A stretch of DNA of 64,000 nt, from NCBI GenBank assembly GCA_049516875.1, contig JBEKSS010000007.1, positions 1-64,000 on the forward strand, in the 5' to 3' direction. This document shows, in pieces, positions 1 through 9,607 of this stretch. Made by a program: the position numbers and the translations under genes. The stretch's first letter is position 1. The number at the start of each line of letters is the position of its first letter. The notes beneath the pieces were generated by a model. It was not told where the DNA came from, did not search any database, and saw only the letters and a list, made by a program, of their open reading frames with translations. Origin of the DNA: Candidatus Bathyarchaeia archaeon. Lineage in GTDB: Archaea; Thermoproteota; Bathyarchaeia; Bathyarchaeales; Bathycorpusculaceae.

Positions 1-146
1 GGTTCTGACAATGCTTTTTCCATTTCTGCTTTAGACCTTTGACTCGGCAAGAAATATTCCGAATCCACATTGTTAGCCCATTTATGCCAGAACGACACGT
101 CTTCCTTCTCCATAGCCCTCAGATTCACGGTCTTACCTTCAAGCAA
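1..146 (-). CDS. RimJ/RimL-type GNAT acetyltransferase, 5' part (runs off window; possible frameshift near nt 25)
   Basis: TTG start; MLEGKTVNLRAMEKEDVSFWHKWANN matches the RimL-like N-terminus L-R-x-x-E-x-E-D...W; not in ORF track. Confidence 0.6.
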   Translation of the reverse strand, partial: MLEGKTVNLRAMEKEDVSFWHKWANNVDSEYFLPSQRSKAEMEKALSE

Positions 147-174
147 CTCGATTCACCAATCCACATAGTCACTT

Positions 175-207
175 TCGATTCAGCTATAACTTTTCCGCAA
201 AACCAAA
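175..207 (-). promoter_or_regulatory. Conserved promoter-containing repeat, copy 1
   Basis: TCGATTCAGCTATAACTTTTCCGCAAAACCA near-identical to 1191-1223; minus strand reads GAAAAGTTATAG (BRE/TATA-like) ~40 nt upstream of start codon. Confidence 0.65.
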
Positions 208-239
208 AACTGGCTTGTGAGGACTGATAGAATAATGCT

Positions 240-695
240 CTACTGTCGTTGTTCTCTTTTCTTCATTTCGTTATAAAGGTATTCAAACCACTCCAATATC
301 TCTGGTTGATTTCTGTCCTTTCTGGCTTCTAATATTATATCCTTTATTTTTTCCCATGTCCATTTGATAGGCGAAGTGAACATGTCGTCAACTAGGTCTA
401 TGTCTATGAGTTTTCTTTTAAGAAGAATACCGATTCCTTCAAAGAACATGCCAACTGCGGTAAATTCAGCCAAGCCATATTTCTCCTCATAATCATGAAC
501 GTCCTTGGCTTCTCTGTTCAAAACCTCCCTCCATACCTTCTGGAATTCGATATTGTCGAAATCCGAGTAAAGTTTCATTATAAGGTCTGTCTGTCTCTGC
601 CTGACTAGATTTCTAATCTCAAGAACCGTCAAGACAACACCTACTATCACACCTGCTGCCGCAACAATAGCTGAAACCTCTGTTATGTCAACCAT
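240..695 (-). CDS. DUF4760-like protein with N-terminal membrane anchor
   Basis: N-terminal TM helix, FFEGIGILLKRKLIDIDLV and WFEYLYNEM motifs; paralog of neighbour. Confidence 0.75.
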   Translation of the reverse strand: MVDITEVSAIVAAAGVIVGVVLTVLEIRNLVRQRQTDLIMKLYSDFDNIEFQKVWREVLNREAKDVHDYEEKYGLAEFTAVGMFFEGIGILLKRKLIDIDLVDDMFTSPIKWTWEKIKDIILEARKDRNQPEILEWFEYLYNEMKKREQRQ

Positions 696-696
696 T

Positions 697-1152
697 CTAA
701 CCCTCCTTTGATTGAAGTTTCTGGATTTCGTTGCCCAGATATTCTAGTCCTCTACCCAATTTCGGTTGACCGATTTCCTTTCTGCAAGTTACGAGGAAAG
801 GCTTGAACTTCTTCCAATATCTCGGAATGACGCCGCCGAAAAGACTGTTGACCAAGTTGACATCAATCAGTCCTTTTTCCAGAAGAATCCCTATTTCATT
901 GAAGAATACTGCGGACGGCGGAAACTCCACACCAAACTTATCTTGATACGTATTAAGGCTGCCAAGTTCTTCTGTCATGAACGTGTGCCATTCTTTTTGA
1001 AACCCTTCCGAGGAGTAAATTGAATACAAGTTCGTCACTAGGTCGGTCTTTCTCTGTTTGACCAGATTTCTCAGCTCCACGACAGTAAGAACCACACCTA
1101 TCAACACGCCTACTGCTGCCACTATCGTAGACATCTCTGAAATGTCAACCAT
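697..1152 (-). CDS. DUF4760-like protein, tandem paralog
   Basis: MVDISE..VAAVGVLIGVVLTV.ELRNLV.QR.TDL nearly identical to 240..695; FFNEIGILL. Confidence 0.75.
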   Translation of the reverse strand: MVDISEMSTIVAAVGVLIGVVLTVVELRNLVKQRKTDLVTNLYSIYSSEGFQKEWHTFMTEELGSLNTYQDKFGVEFPPSAVFFNEIGILLEKGLIDVNLVNSLFGGVIPRYWKKFKPFLVTCRKEIGQPKLGRGLEYLGNEIQKLQSKEG

Positions 1153-1190
1153 TCATAACACCCAGCAATTGCCACACAAATCAGTCTATC

Positions 1191-1223
1191 TCGGTTCGGC
1201 TTTAACTTTTCCGCAAAACCAGA
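1191..1223 (-). promoter_or_regulatory. Conserved promoter-containing repeat, copy 2
   Basis: TCGGTTCGGCTTTAACTTTTCCGCAAAACCA; followed by (GC)5 tract at 1230-1239. Confidence 0.65.
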
Positions 1224-1286
1224 AGAGACCGCGCGCGCGAGATGGAAAAAGAAACGGGGAGTAGTAGATGGAAAAGGTTTTTTGTA

Positions 1287-2768
1287 CTACTGTTTCGGAG
1301 CTTTGCTCTTACGGCGGAGCACAACAGCGCCGACGATTATCACGAGAACAGTCACGATGGTTATGATTAACAGTCCGCCCATTCCGCCGAGACCCCAAGC
1401 GTTCCCTGGAGAAGTCACAGCCGCGTACACTGTCAAGGTTGGATCGTGCACGACACGGTAGCCGCTGTACGTTGGATAGGCTACAACATAAAGATAATTG
1501 GCCCTTGTCACGTTCGTCAAGGTCGCCAGGGCCTGCAGGTACAAACCCGGAAACATGTTGTAAACCACCAACGGCAGAAACTTCAGCAAACCAAACTGCA
1601 GCTGAAACAAGTCCTCATTCCCGCCAAAACCGCCAAGACGAGCCGTCCGCTGCGTAGCATTGTACGTTACAGACTGCTGCTCCGAGCTGTCCTGCGTGTA
1701 ATTGAACAATTGATAAGTCTGCTTCGCACCAAAGTTGGCCGAAGCCACTCTCACTCCGTCGTCGGTCACGGTGTTTACGCTCGTGTTGTCCACGTCAACC
1801 TCCGAGTCAGTCACGTTTTGGCCGTTTGCCGTCCTGCTCAACGTCTGATGATCAGCCGTTATCGACGTCTGATAGTCTATGATGCTCATCTTGATGCCGT
1901 ACGTGTCCAGGAACTGGTAAATCGTGGTCGGGCCAAAATATGTAAACCCCAAAGGTCCATACGTGCCCGTGGCGTTGTAGCGCAACCAAACGAGTGGTAG
2001 CGGGTGCCAGAAAAGCTCCCTCATCCTGCCGATAACGTGGTTTTCGGTCAGGGTTGTCGTGTTCGTCGTCGGATCGATGTCTAACTTGTACGTGAACGTG
2101 AGCTCATCGTAAACGGTTATGGCTGACACGTAGTTTTCGCGGTGTGGGTTGCCCTCGTCAATGGAGGTTTGCCACCAGAACGCCGTCAAGTTCGTGTACC
2201 GCATGCCCCATGTCCAGGTTAAGCCGTTGTTGCTGTTCTGCAGGGCAATGTGCTCGGTGTGGCTGTTGAAGACGGGCAAGGTGATGTTGAGATCGCTGAT
2301 ACTCAGTCCCATGCTGAAGCTTGACCACAGATAGTCGTTTCGGTCAGGCGAGTTCGGAAATAGCGACGTGCTTGAATCGTTGAAGGCTAACAGCATGAGG
2401 AACGTGTTGCCGAGTATGACATCGCGCGACTGATTATCCGTTTTGTAGTGCATGATGAAGCTCTGCAGGGGCACCGTGAACGTTAATGCTCCGCCGAGAG
2501 TGATATTATCCAAGCCGGCGAACAGCAGTTTGAGTCCGCTGGTGTTTACGTAGGTCATGTAGAGCCAGGCGTGCCACGCGTCAGGCGGCGCCGTCATGTT
2601 GCGGGCAGCGGCGTACTCACGCGCATAATCAAAGAAGTCAATTGTCTTGGCAAAGCTCGTCTGTGTGAAGTCACTTGTCGTCAGCGAGTCAGCATATGAT
2701 ATAGGTACGATGACTGCTATGAAAGCAATAGTTACTAATATTAAAGTTAGCCAGCATTTGGTTTTCAT
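1287..2768 (-). CDS. Secreted/cell-surface glycoprotein with signal peptide and C-terminal TM anchor
   Basis: Hydrophobic N-terminus, many N-x-S/T sequons, C-terminal TM followed by RRKSK. Confidence 0.75.
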   Translation of the reverse strand: MKTKCWLTLILVTIAFIAVIVPISYADSLTTSDFTQTSFAKTIDFFDYAREYAAARNMTAPPDAWHAWLYMTYVNTSGLKLLFAGLDNITLGGALTFTVPLQSFIMHYKTDNQSRDVILGNTFLMLLAFNDSSTSLFPNSPDRNDYLWSSFSMGLSISDLNITLPVFNSHTEHIALQNSNNGLTWTWGMRYTNLTAFWWQTSIDEGNPHRENYVSAITVYDELTFTYKLDIDPTTNTTTLTENHVIGRMRELFWHPLPLVWLRYNATGTYGPLGFTYFGPTTIYQFLDTYGIKMSIIDYQTSITADHQTLSRTANGQNVTDSEVDVDNTSVNTVTDDGVRVASANFGAKQTYQLFNYTQDSSEQQSVTYNATQRTARLGGFGGNEDLFQLQFGLLKFLPLVVYNMFPGLYLQALATLTNVTRANYLYVVAYPTYSGYRVVHDPTLTVYAAVTSPGNAWGLGGMGGLLIITIVTVLVIIVGAVVLRRKSKAPKQ

Positions 2769-2974
2769 AACTTCACCATCATGCAACTAACGCTATATAT
2801 GTCTTACAGCTGATCGATACTGTTAAGTTATTTGACCCAGCCTACTAGAGTTCTGTTTGCAGCTTTGTTACGGGTACTGTTAAGCTGCCCAAAAATCAGA
2901 TTCGTAAAATCTATTTTTGGTATCGTTAACTTTTCGTCTGTTTTTGGGGGCATAGTGTAGGGTATTGCTCCCAC

Positions 2975-3454
2975 TCACATATTTTTAATCCACTCTATAA
3001 TTGATTTACGCCTAGGGACCATGGTGAAACCCAATATCGATGCGAACAGTATGGCGGCTATCATGAGCATGTAGTCAGTTGTTGAATGCAGATTGTTGAC
3101 AAGTGTAGGGTAATCTCTCGTAACAAAGTAAGGTTCTGGCCAAATAGCAGCCCAAGCAGCAAAAGCTAGATACAAGGCCATTAGCAACCCCCCCACCATA
3201 CAAAGTAACAGCAGAAGTTTTTCCCACTCTTTCACTTCCTTGTCTCCAAATCTTATCCAGGCGCTGATAGAGCTGTAGAGAATAGTAATAACCAAAAGGC
3301 CCAAGCTAGCGTTAACATTTGGTCCTGGTTGCGTATAATATATGATTTGAGAAGGGAGATATACAAGCCAAATAGCAATGAGAAGAGCCAAGATTGAAAG
3401 TATGATGAGTGACACTCTTAGGAGAAGGCCTGATCGCAGTTTCATGTTCTCCAT
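2975..3454 (-). CDS. Hypothetical 4-TM membrane protein (passenger)
   Basis: ORF with four hydrophobic segments, low GC. Confidence 0.65.
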   Translation of the reverse strand: MENMKLRSGLLLRVSLIILSILALLIAIWLVYLPSQIIYYTQPGPNVNASLGLLVITILYSSISAWIRFGDKEVKEWEKLLLLLCMVGGLLMALYLAFAAWAAIWPEPYFVTRDYPTLVNNLHSTTDYMLMIAAILFASILGFTMVPRRKSIIEWIKNM

Positions 3455-3473
3455 AACACATTAGCGTCTTTGA

Positions 3474-3626
3474 CTATTTGATTTTTACTTTCTCCATGAT
3501 TCGCTTTTCATACTCCGCTTGCGTCAGTATGCCTTTTTCTTCAAGTAATTCAACAAGACTTGAAAGCATCGTATCTAATAGGTCAACTTCTTCCGCAAGT
3601 TCACGTTTTGGTTTATTCTTTGCCAT
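3474..3626 (-). CDS. Small hypothetical protein (SHOCT-like tail)
   Basis: MAKNKPKRELAEEVDLLDTMLSSLVELLEEKGILTQAEYEKRIMEKVKIK; overlaps upstream ORF; not in track. Confidence 0.6.
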   Translation of the reverse strand: MAKNKPKRELAEEVDLLDTMLSSLVELLEEKGILTQAEYEKRIMEKVKIK

Positions 3627-3780
3627 GCTCGCCACCTTTCGTCAAATACCCTTTCTCTGACAGCCAACTCATTATTATTGTTCTTAGTGTGTCCGAACGG
3701 GTTTCGCCTATCGTGCCCACAAGCTCTTTGTTCAGGAGATCAGCAACATTTTCTGGGAGAGCAACTAGGACTTTTCTCAT
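3613..3780 (-). CDS. Ribbon-helix-helix (CopG-like) regulator
   Basis: MRKVLVALPENVADLLNKELVGTIGETRSDTLRTIIMSWL; ATGA overlap with transposase stop. Confidence 0.6.
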   Translation of the reverse strand: MRKVLVALPENVADLLNKELVGTIGETRSDTLRTIIMSWLSEKGYLTKGGEHGKE

Positions 3781-4055
3781 TTCATAATCGCCTCCACTGT
3801 TCTTTCTTCTTTCGTTTCTGTCTCAGGACTCGTAGCTTTGGTCAAAAGCTGAGTTTCATATCTTGTTGCTTCGTCTATCAAGCCTTTCCATGTGCTAGGT
3901 GCTTGTGCTCTTGCAGCTTGGGCAGGTGTTTTTCCGTTTAGGCTTTGGTGTGGTCTCACATAGTTGTAATGGATTGTAAATCCTTCCAATATTGACTTTG
4001 TAGAGTCGAAGCTTTTGAGTCCTCGCATAACTCTTGTTCTGTCTTTGACAGTACC
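3777..4055 (-). pseudogene. IS6-like DDE transposase, C-terminal fragment only
   Basis: GTVKDRTRVMRGLKS...GFTIHYNYVRPHQSLNGKTPAQAA; homology ends at the element boundary. Confidence 0.8.
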
Positions 4056-4287
4056 CAGCTGATCTGCAAAACAAAAAAACACGTCGACGCACTCGCAAGC
4101 ACAAGAATGAGTCAGAATCATCTCTACAGACAGTTCCAACCCAAAGCGTCAAACTCGGTTTGAGCTAGGCGAGCGCTTACGTGGGGATAAACCTCGCTTC
4201 AAGCAACCGGGACAGATTGGAACAAAAACGCGGGTGCCCTTTGGACTTACTTCGAGGCAGACAGGTGTTTTCGTTTTCATGGTTCTT

Positions 4288-4974
4288 TCATCTTCTTTCT
4301 ATAACATACAGATCAGTTATGAACTCATGTTGTTTTTTTGTGTGGAAATCGAACATGTACGGGATGACCATGACCATGGAGTAAACGGCCTTCACTTCTC
4401 CACCGTGTTTCTCGACGAACCTTCTGAGAAAGGGGGAAGGGGAGACTTGAACGATGTCATCTCTGTGAGCTCTCAGTTTTCCTGCCAAAGCCGTGTTGTC
4501 TTGCACGTTCTTGTGAAATGAGTAGATGGTTCTGCCTGATTCTAAGGCTTTTTCAAGGAATTTGCGGTCTGCCCCTCGTTTTTGCACTCCGAACGGTGGG
4601 TTTTGCAGCACGGTGTCAAACTCACCGCAGACGGCTTCTATATCCGCCGTGACCCATTGCACTCTGTCTCCTAGCCCTGTGTTCACCGAGTTTTCACAGG
4701 CAGCTTTCACTGCTGTTTTGTCTATGTCCACACCCACGACTTCTTTTGCACCTAGGAAGGCGGCTCCTAATGCCAGTCTTCCAGTGCCGCAGCCCAGGTC
4801 CAGAATGGTTTTGTCCACGATGTCACCGTATGTGTAGGCTGCCATGTACAGCATCTGAGCTGCCACGTTGACGGAAACTGTGTATTGTTCGAGGCTTGGG
4901 CTGGGTGTTGGGTGCGGCTTGACGTTTGAGAGCAGCATCTCCAAATCTAGCTTTCTAGCAAGCCTTTTCTGCAT
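4288..4974 (-). CDS. METTL5-family N6-adenine RNA methyltransferase
   Basis: LEQY, LDLGCGTG, QNPPFG, F.FH.K motifs. Confidence 0.9.
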   Translation of the reverse strand: MQKRLARKLDLEMLLSNVKPHPTPSPSLEQYTVSVNVAAQMLYMAAYTYGDIVDKTILDLGCGTGRLALGAAFLGAKEVVGVDIDKTAVKAACENSVNTGLGDRVQWVTADIEAVCGEFDTVLQNPPFGVQKRGADRKFLEKALESGRTIYSFHKNVQDNTALAGKLRAHRDDIVQVSPSPFLRRFVEKHGGEVKAVYSMVMVIPYMFDFHTKKQHEFITDLYVIERR

Positions 4975-5948
4975 AGTTCTTCCCAGGATAACTTGCCGAT
5001 AACTACCAATGCTTCGTTGACAGTGAGGATCGGTTTTCTGAATCTGGCGGCATCGTCAAGCGATATTCTTGGGCAGGCTGTGTTTACGAAGGCGTCAACC
5101 GATGGAAATTCCATGAGTGTTTCAGGCGTGATTTCCTTCGCGGCGAAAAGATGTGTTGTCTTGCCTTCCTTTTCAAGCTTCTCTTTCAGTTGTAACGCTT
5201 CTTCGAGTCTTTTCTGTCCGGGTTTGAGTCCGATCAGAACGGCGAAGGTCTTCGCTTTTTTTGCTTCTTGCACCTGTGCCCATCTTTGTTTGAGGATTTT
5301 CTCTGCTTCTTTGTTCACAGGGGCTGCTGTGTTGTCGTAGGGATCAGCGATTACTGTCGGCTTCGAAGTTGAAAGGGCTACGCCTAGCGCGTGAAACTGT
5401 CCGCCGCCGACGAAGAGGAAGGCCTCGACGTCCTTCGCGATAGACACGGCGTTGCTGTAGTCGCATCCGATGACTTGGCCTGGATAACTCAGGCGTCCAG
5501 TGTCGCCTATTACGACGATTTTTCCTTGGCGGGTTAGTATCTCTCTGACTTCGTCGAGGGTTTGCACGTGTTGAACTGTTGTCGCTAGGCCTATTCTGCG
5601 CCATTTTTCCAGCATCGGCAACGCTTTTTCGACGGCTGAGGGAACGTTCAAGGTTGCTCGAGCTTCAACGTAAATCGTTGGGAACCGCTCGTACTTCACT
5701 AGTTTAGAGTGGCCGTAGTGAATTATCAGGTCTACTCCAAGGCTTTCGGCGTCTGCTGTTGCCAGGTCACACGCGCCGTAGCAGGGGTCTGCAGAGATTA
5801 TAGGTAGAACTCCGAGCCTTTCAATGGTCTTCGCTATGCGTGGTGCTTCAGGTTTCAGGCCTTCTGGAAATTGGATTAGAACGCGTTTTGCTCCGAGCTT
5901 GAGGATTTCCTGTTTAACTCTTTCTTCTTCAAAATCAAATTGTCTCAT
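4947..5948 (-). CDS. dph2: Diphthamide biosynthesis enzyme Dph2
   Basis: QFPEGL, PCYGACDL, HYGH, GQVIGC, TACPR. Confidence 0.95.
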   Translation of the reverse strand: MRQFDFEEERVKQEILKLGAKRVLIQFPEGLKPEAPRIAKTIERLGVLPIISADPCYGACDLATADAESLGVDLIIHYGHSKLVKYERFPTIYVEARATLNVPSAVEKALPMLEKWRRIGLATTVQHVQTLDEVREILTRQGKIVVIGDTGRLSYPGQVIGCDYSNAVSIAKDVEAFLFVGGGQFHALGVALSTSKPTVIADPYDNTAAPVNKEAEKILKQRWAQVQEAKKAKTFAVLIGLKPGQKRLEEALQLKEKLEKEGKTTHLFAAKEITPETLMEFPSVDAFVNTACPRISLDDAARFRKPILTVNEALVVIGKLSWEELCRKGLLES

Positions 5949-6018
5949 TCTGATTCCTTCGACGGAGATTGCTAAACTAGAAATGTGGGTTTAAGAAGAA
6001 AAATGAATGTGTGTTGTC

Positions 6019-8475
6019 TTACTCTGTCCATTCCCAGTCTTGTTTTGGTTTTCGAATTGGGTGCCCAAGGGCTCTTGCGTCCAGTTCAGCGAGCCGTTCC
6101 ATAATTATCTTCTGTTCTACGCTTGCAACCAGCTTCTTTGTAGCTATTACGGCGTCGTTGTTAACTGAGATGCTGTCGATTCCCACTCTGACCAGGAACT
6201 CTGCGAAGTCCGGCAGGTTTGACGGGCCTTCGCCACATATGGACACTGTGGCTCCGTTCTCGTGAGCGACTCTGATGAGGTGTGCAAGTATCCTTTTGAC
6301 AGCCGGGTCTCTTTCGTCGAAGTATCCCATTAGTCCCAGGCGTTCTGAGTCTCTGTCAATCATGAGTATTCCTTGGGTCATGTCGTTTGAGCCTATGGAG
6401 AATCCGTCTGCAAGCTTCGAGAACTCGTCTGCAAGTATGGCGATTGAGGGTGTTTCAGCCATGAACCACACCTTGAAGTCCTTTGATCTCTCCAAGCCTT
6501 CTTGACGCATGATTTCCAGTACTGCCTTTGTCTCCCACAGGGTACGCACTACCGGAAGCATGACCCAAACGTTTTTCAGGCCCCATTCTGTTCTGCACTT
6601 GACGATGGCTTGGCATTCAAGTCTGAAGGCTTTCTCGTACCATTGGCTTATGTAGCGGCTGCAGCCTCTCCATCCAAGCATCGGGTTGGCTTCTACGATT
6701 TCATATTTTTCTCCGCCTTTGAGTTCTCGGTACTCGTTGGTTTTGAAGTCGCTGAAACGCACGACAACCGGGCGTGGCTGTATGCCTCTGGCGACTGTTG
6801 CTATTCCCTCTGCGAGTTTGTCAACGAACTTTTGGCTTTGTCCTGTCTCGACAAAGTGCATCGGGTGTTCGCCGATATAGCTGGCCAGGATGAATTCGAT
6901 TCGCATCAGTCCTATGCCTTCGAATGGCAGGTCTTTGTACTCCTCGACTTTTTCGGGTACTCCCAGGTTCATGTAAATCTTTGTTGCTGTCGTGGGGACC
7001 GACTGGAACACGCCCGTTGCAATTGCTGCTGAGCCTGCGACTGCTCCGGCGGCGGATGAGAGTTGTTGTGTCAGCGTTTTCATTATTCCTTCGTAGACGA
7101 CGCCGCTTCTTGAGTCCACTGTGTACTGTTTGCCGGTTTTCATGAGTTGCGTGGCGTTTTCTGTTCCGACAACGCATGGTATGCCCAGTTCACGGCTTAC
7201 GATTGCCGCGTGGCACGTTACTCCACCCTTGTCGGTGACTATTGCGCCTGCGAGCTTCATGAAGGGTACGTAATCAGGGTTGGTCATGTCTGTGACGAGC
7301 ACGTCGCCTTTCTGCATGACTTTGGCCGCTTCCTGGGGGTTTGCCACGACTTTCGCCGTGCCAGCTCCGAAGCTTCGTCTGCCAGCAGCGATACCTTTGA
7401 CAACGACTTTCAGTTCTTCAGGTTTTTTCGCTTCTTCTGCTTCGCCTCCTGCTGGCACTTGCTCTAGTTTCGCAGACCAGACTGTTTCAGGCCTTGACTG
7501 CACTATGAATATGTTGCTTGGGTACGGTATGTCCCTGTCTATTGCCCATTCAATGTCTTGGGGTTTTCCGTAGTGCTGTTCGATGCGTTTTGCGAGTTCT
7601 GCAAGTTTGTGAATTTCCTCATCGTTTATACACGGCTGCTCCTGCTTTTCTCGTGGCACGTCCGCGTGCACAGTGTTTCCAGTTTTCGGGTCGCGAATAT
7701 ACTGGACTGTTTTTTTGGCTAGCCGTTTTTCAGTTACCTTTAGCGATTCCTTGTCAACGACGAAGTCGTCCGGCGTGACTGAACCTGACACGACAGCTTC
7801 GCCTAAGCCGTAGTTGCCTTCGATGACTATTTGGCTGGTGTCACCCGTGACGGGGTTCAACGTGAATATGACGCCTGCGGCTCTGGAATTAACCATTTTT
7901 TGAACTCCGACGCTTATGAAGACTTTCTCGTGGGCAAAGCCTTTCTCGTTGCGGTAGAACATGGCGCGTGGTGTGAAGAGACTGGACCAGCACTTCACCG
8001 TGTTAGCGATCACGTCGTCGGCGCCTTTGACGTTTAGAAAGGTTTCCTGCTGTCCTGCGAAGGAGGCGTCTGCCAAGTCTTCGGCTGTTGCGCTTGACCT
8101 AACGGCGACGAAAACGTCTTTCATCTTGAGTTTTTTGCACAATTCTTCGTAGGCTGATTTTATGGCTTTTTCAATGTCTTTGGGCATGCGTGTTGATTCT
8201 ATCAGTTTACGGATTTTCTTGGAGGCTATTTCACCTTGCGCAGGATCGTCCGGCGTGGTCATCGTTTCATTTATGATATCGTAGATCCTTGTTGCTATGC
8301 CTGTGTCTTCGATGAATTTCTTGTAGGAGTAAGCTGTTATTGCGAAGCCAGGTGGAACTGGCAGGCCAGCGCTTGTCATCTCACCCAAGTTGGCGTTCTT
8401 GCCTCCAACTGAAGGAATGTCTGTTTTCCTTAAGCCTTCAAACCAAATCACTAGATCCTTGCGCATTTCACTCAA
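6019..8475 (-). CDS. ppsA: Phosphoenolpyruvate synthase
   Basis: VGGKNANLGEM, SFAGQQET, GGVTCHAAIVSRE, FSIGSND. Confidence 0.97.
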   Translation of the reverse strand: MSEMRKDLVIWFEGLRKTDIPSVGGKNANLGEMTSAGLPVPPGFAITAYSYKKFIEDTGIATRIYDIINETMTTPDDPAQGEIASKKIRKLIESTRMPKDIEKAIKSAYEELCKKLKMKDVFVAVRSSATAEDLADASFAGQQETFLNVKGADDVIANTVKCWSSLFTPRAMFYRNEKGFAHEKVFISVGVQKMVNSRAAGVIFTLNPVTGDTSQIVIEGNYGLGEAVVSGSVTPDDFVVDKESLKVTEKRLAKKTVQYIRDPKTGNTVHADVPREKQEQPCINDEEIHKLAELAKRIEQHYGKPQDIEWAIDRDIPYPSNIFIVQSRPETVWSAKLEQVPAGGEAEEAKKPEELKVVVKGIAAGRRSFGAGTAKVVANPQEAAKVMQKGDVLVTDMTNPDYVPFMKLAGAIVTDKGGVTCHAAIVSRELGIPCVVGTENATQLMKTGKQYTVDSRSGVVYEGIMKTLTQQLSSAAGAVAGSAAIATGVFQSVPTTATKIYMNLGVPEKVEEYKDLPFEGIGLMRIEFILASYIGEHPMHFVETGQSQKFVDKLAEGIATVARGIQPRPVVVRFSDFKTNEYRELKGGEKYEIVEANPMLGWRGCSRYISQWYEKAFRLECQAIVKCRTEWGLKNVWVMLPVVRTLWETKAVLEIMRQEGLERSKDFKVWFMAETPSIAILADEFSKLADGFSIGSNDMTQGILMIDRDSERLGLMGYFDERDPAVKRILAHLIRVAHENGATVSICGEGPSNLPDFAEFLVRVGIDSISVNNDAVIATKKLVASVEQKIIMERLAELDARALGHPIRKPKQDWEWTE

Positions 8476-9019
8476 CCGTCTTCACCTCTTCTGGTGGGAT
8501 TTTCTCAACTGTCTCCGCCTCTTGTGGCGGGAGCTTCTCAACCACTATTCTACATGGCATAGGAAGCTTGGCACCCCCGCGTTTCAGGGACTGCCTAGCA
8601 AGTTCAATCGCGTCGGCGTTAACGCGGACGCGGATGATTGTCTGGCCGGGCCGCACACGAGCAGCAGTTCCGATGGGTGTCCCAAAGGATCTGCGCATGC
8701 CCTGTTGAAGTCGGTCTGCGTGTGCCCCAAAAATCATCTTGTTTTCCTTGAGAATGTTGTGAGGATAGGGGCAGACCTGCAACTGGTAGTTGTTCACGAG
8801 TTTTTCCATCAATTGACGGTTTGCCGCGATGCGTGCCGCTTCCAGGGCGTTGTGGCGGATTTGAGCGCTTTGCAAAGATACGAGTCTTGCTTCGTACTCG
8901 AACTTTGCTTTTGTGTCTCCCATCGTGAATTTTGTTATCTTCGGCTGTGGGAAGCCTCTTATGTATTTCTTCCGGGTGTAAGATTGTCCCTTGACTGGTC
9001 TATAATTCTTTGCGTGCAT
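8468..9019 (-). CDS. rpl10e: 50S ribosomal protein uL16 (L10e)
   Basis: QIRHNALEAARI, ENKM..GAHADRLQQGMRRSFG; likely start MHAKNYR. Confidence 0.95.
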   Translation of the reverse strand: MHAKNYRPVKGQSYTRKKYIRGFPQPKITKFTMGDTKAKFEYEARLVSLQSAQIRHNALEAARIAANRQLMEKLVNNYQLQVCPYPHNILKENKMIFGAHADRLQQGMRRSFGTPIGTAARVRPGQTIIRVRVNADAIELARQSLKRGGAKLPMPCRIVVEKLPPQEAETVEKIPPEEVKTVE

Positions 9020-9315
9020 TTTACATCCCTCTGTGAAAGGCGTGACCGAATATTTAAGCATTAACGGGTTAGGTTGAAGCGTGCGCTAAATACAATTTCC
9101 TGCCTGCTGCCGTCACGTAGTAATCCTTGTATCTTTCAGGGTCAGCGTAACGAGTTTCAGCAGTTAGATGTGACGGAAAGGTGTAAACAGCCTCAGCTCT
9201 CTCACACGCTTCTTTTGCTGCTGGATTGATTCTAGTCTGCTCGCGTAGAATTCGCGAGACCCTTATCCTCATGCATATTCCTCATTTTCGCTAGGTTTGG
9301 ACATGCGTTTCGTTA

Positions 9316-9530
9316 GGCAACCAACATCTCTATCCGCACGGATGACGTGATTCATTGAGGGTTTTGTCTCTCCTAGCCAGAGTCTCCATCTGAAGCCAGA
9401 ATGAAACGGAAAGAGGGTATCATGGGCGGAAACGTCCGACAACCCCCCACTCTGCGGCAAATTATCCTCAATGGCATGTCGTAATAGAAAAGATGCTCAC
9501 GCCAACCTCTTTGCGGGAAATGTTGGGTTA
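9316..9530. ncRNA. Candidate structured non-coding RNA
   Basis: Nested pairings CCAACATCTC/GAAATGTTGG, CATTGAGG/CCTCAATG, AGAGT/ACTCT, GGGT/ACCC, GGGCG-GAAA-CGTCC; no convincing ORF. Confidence 0.4.
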
Positions 9531-9607
9531 GCGCGAGCAGTAAAATGCGGAACACTTAAGCCACTGAGGAGCGATAATCATATAATCACAAATGCAGAAA
9601 AAGGAAG

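Larger units (their letters stand above)
2816..4055. mobile_element. Non-autonomous IS6-like element carrying passenger genes
   Basis: Ends GATACTGTTAA / TTGACAGTACC (9/11 inverted match); flanking 9-bp direct repeat CAGCTGATC at 2807-2815 and 4056-4064; internal copies GGGTACTGTTAA (2872) and GGTATCGTTAAC (~2919). Confidence 0.7.

Noticed and set aside
4070-4285. Possible sRNA or small CPGC-containing ORF downstream of the METTL5-like gene
   Set aside because: No clear C/D box spacing or family motif.
9501-9512. GCCAACCTCTTT shared with repeats at 26848 and 30754
   Set aside because: Only 12 nt with no flanking similarity, so it may be chance.
9316-9530. RNase P RNA, SRP RNA or hammerhead ribozyme
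   Set aside because: GAGGAAAGUCC, the SRP helix-8 motif and a full CUGANGA core are all absent.
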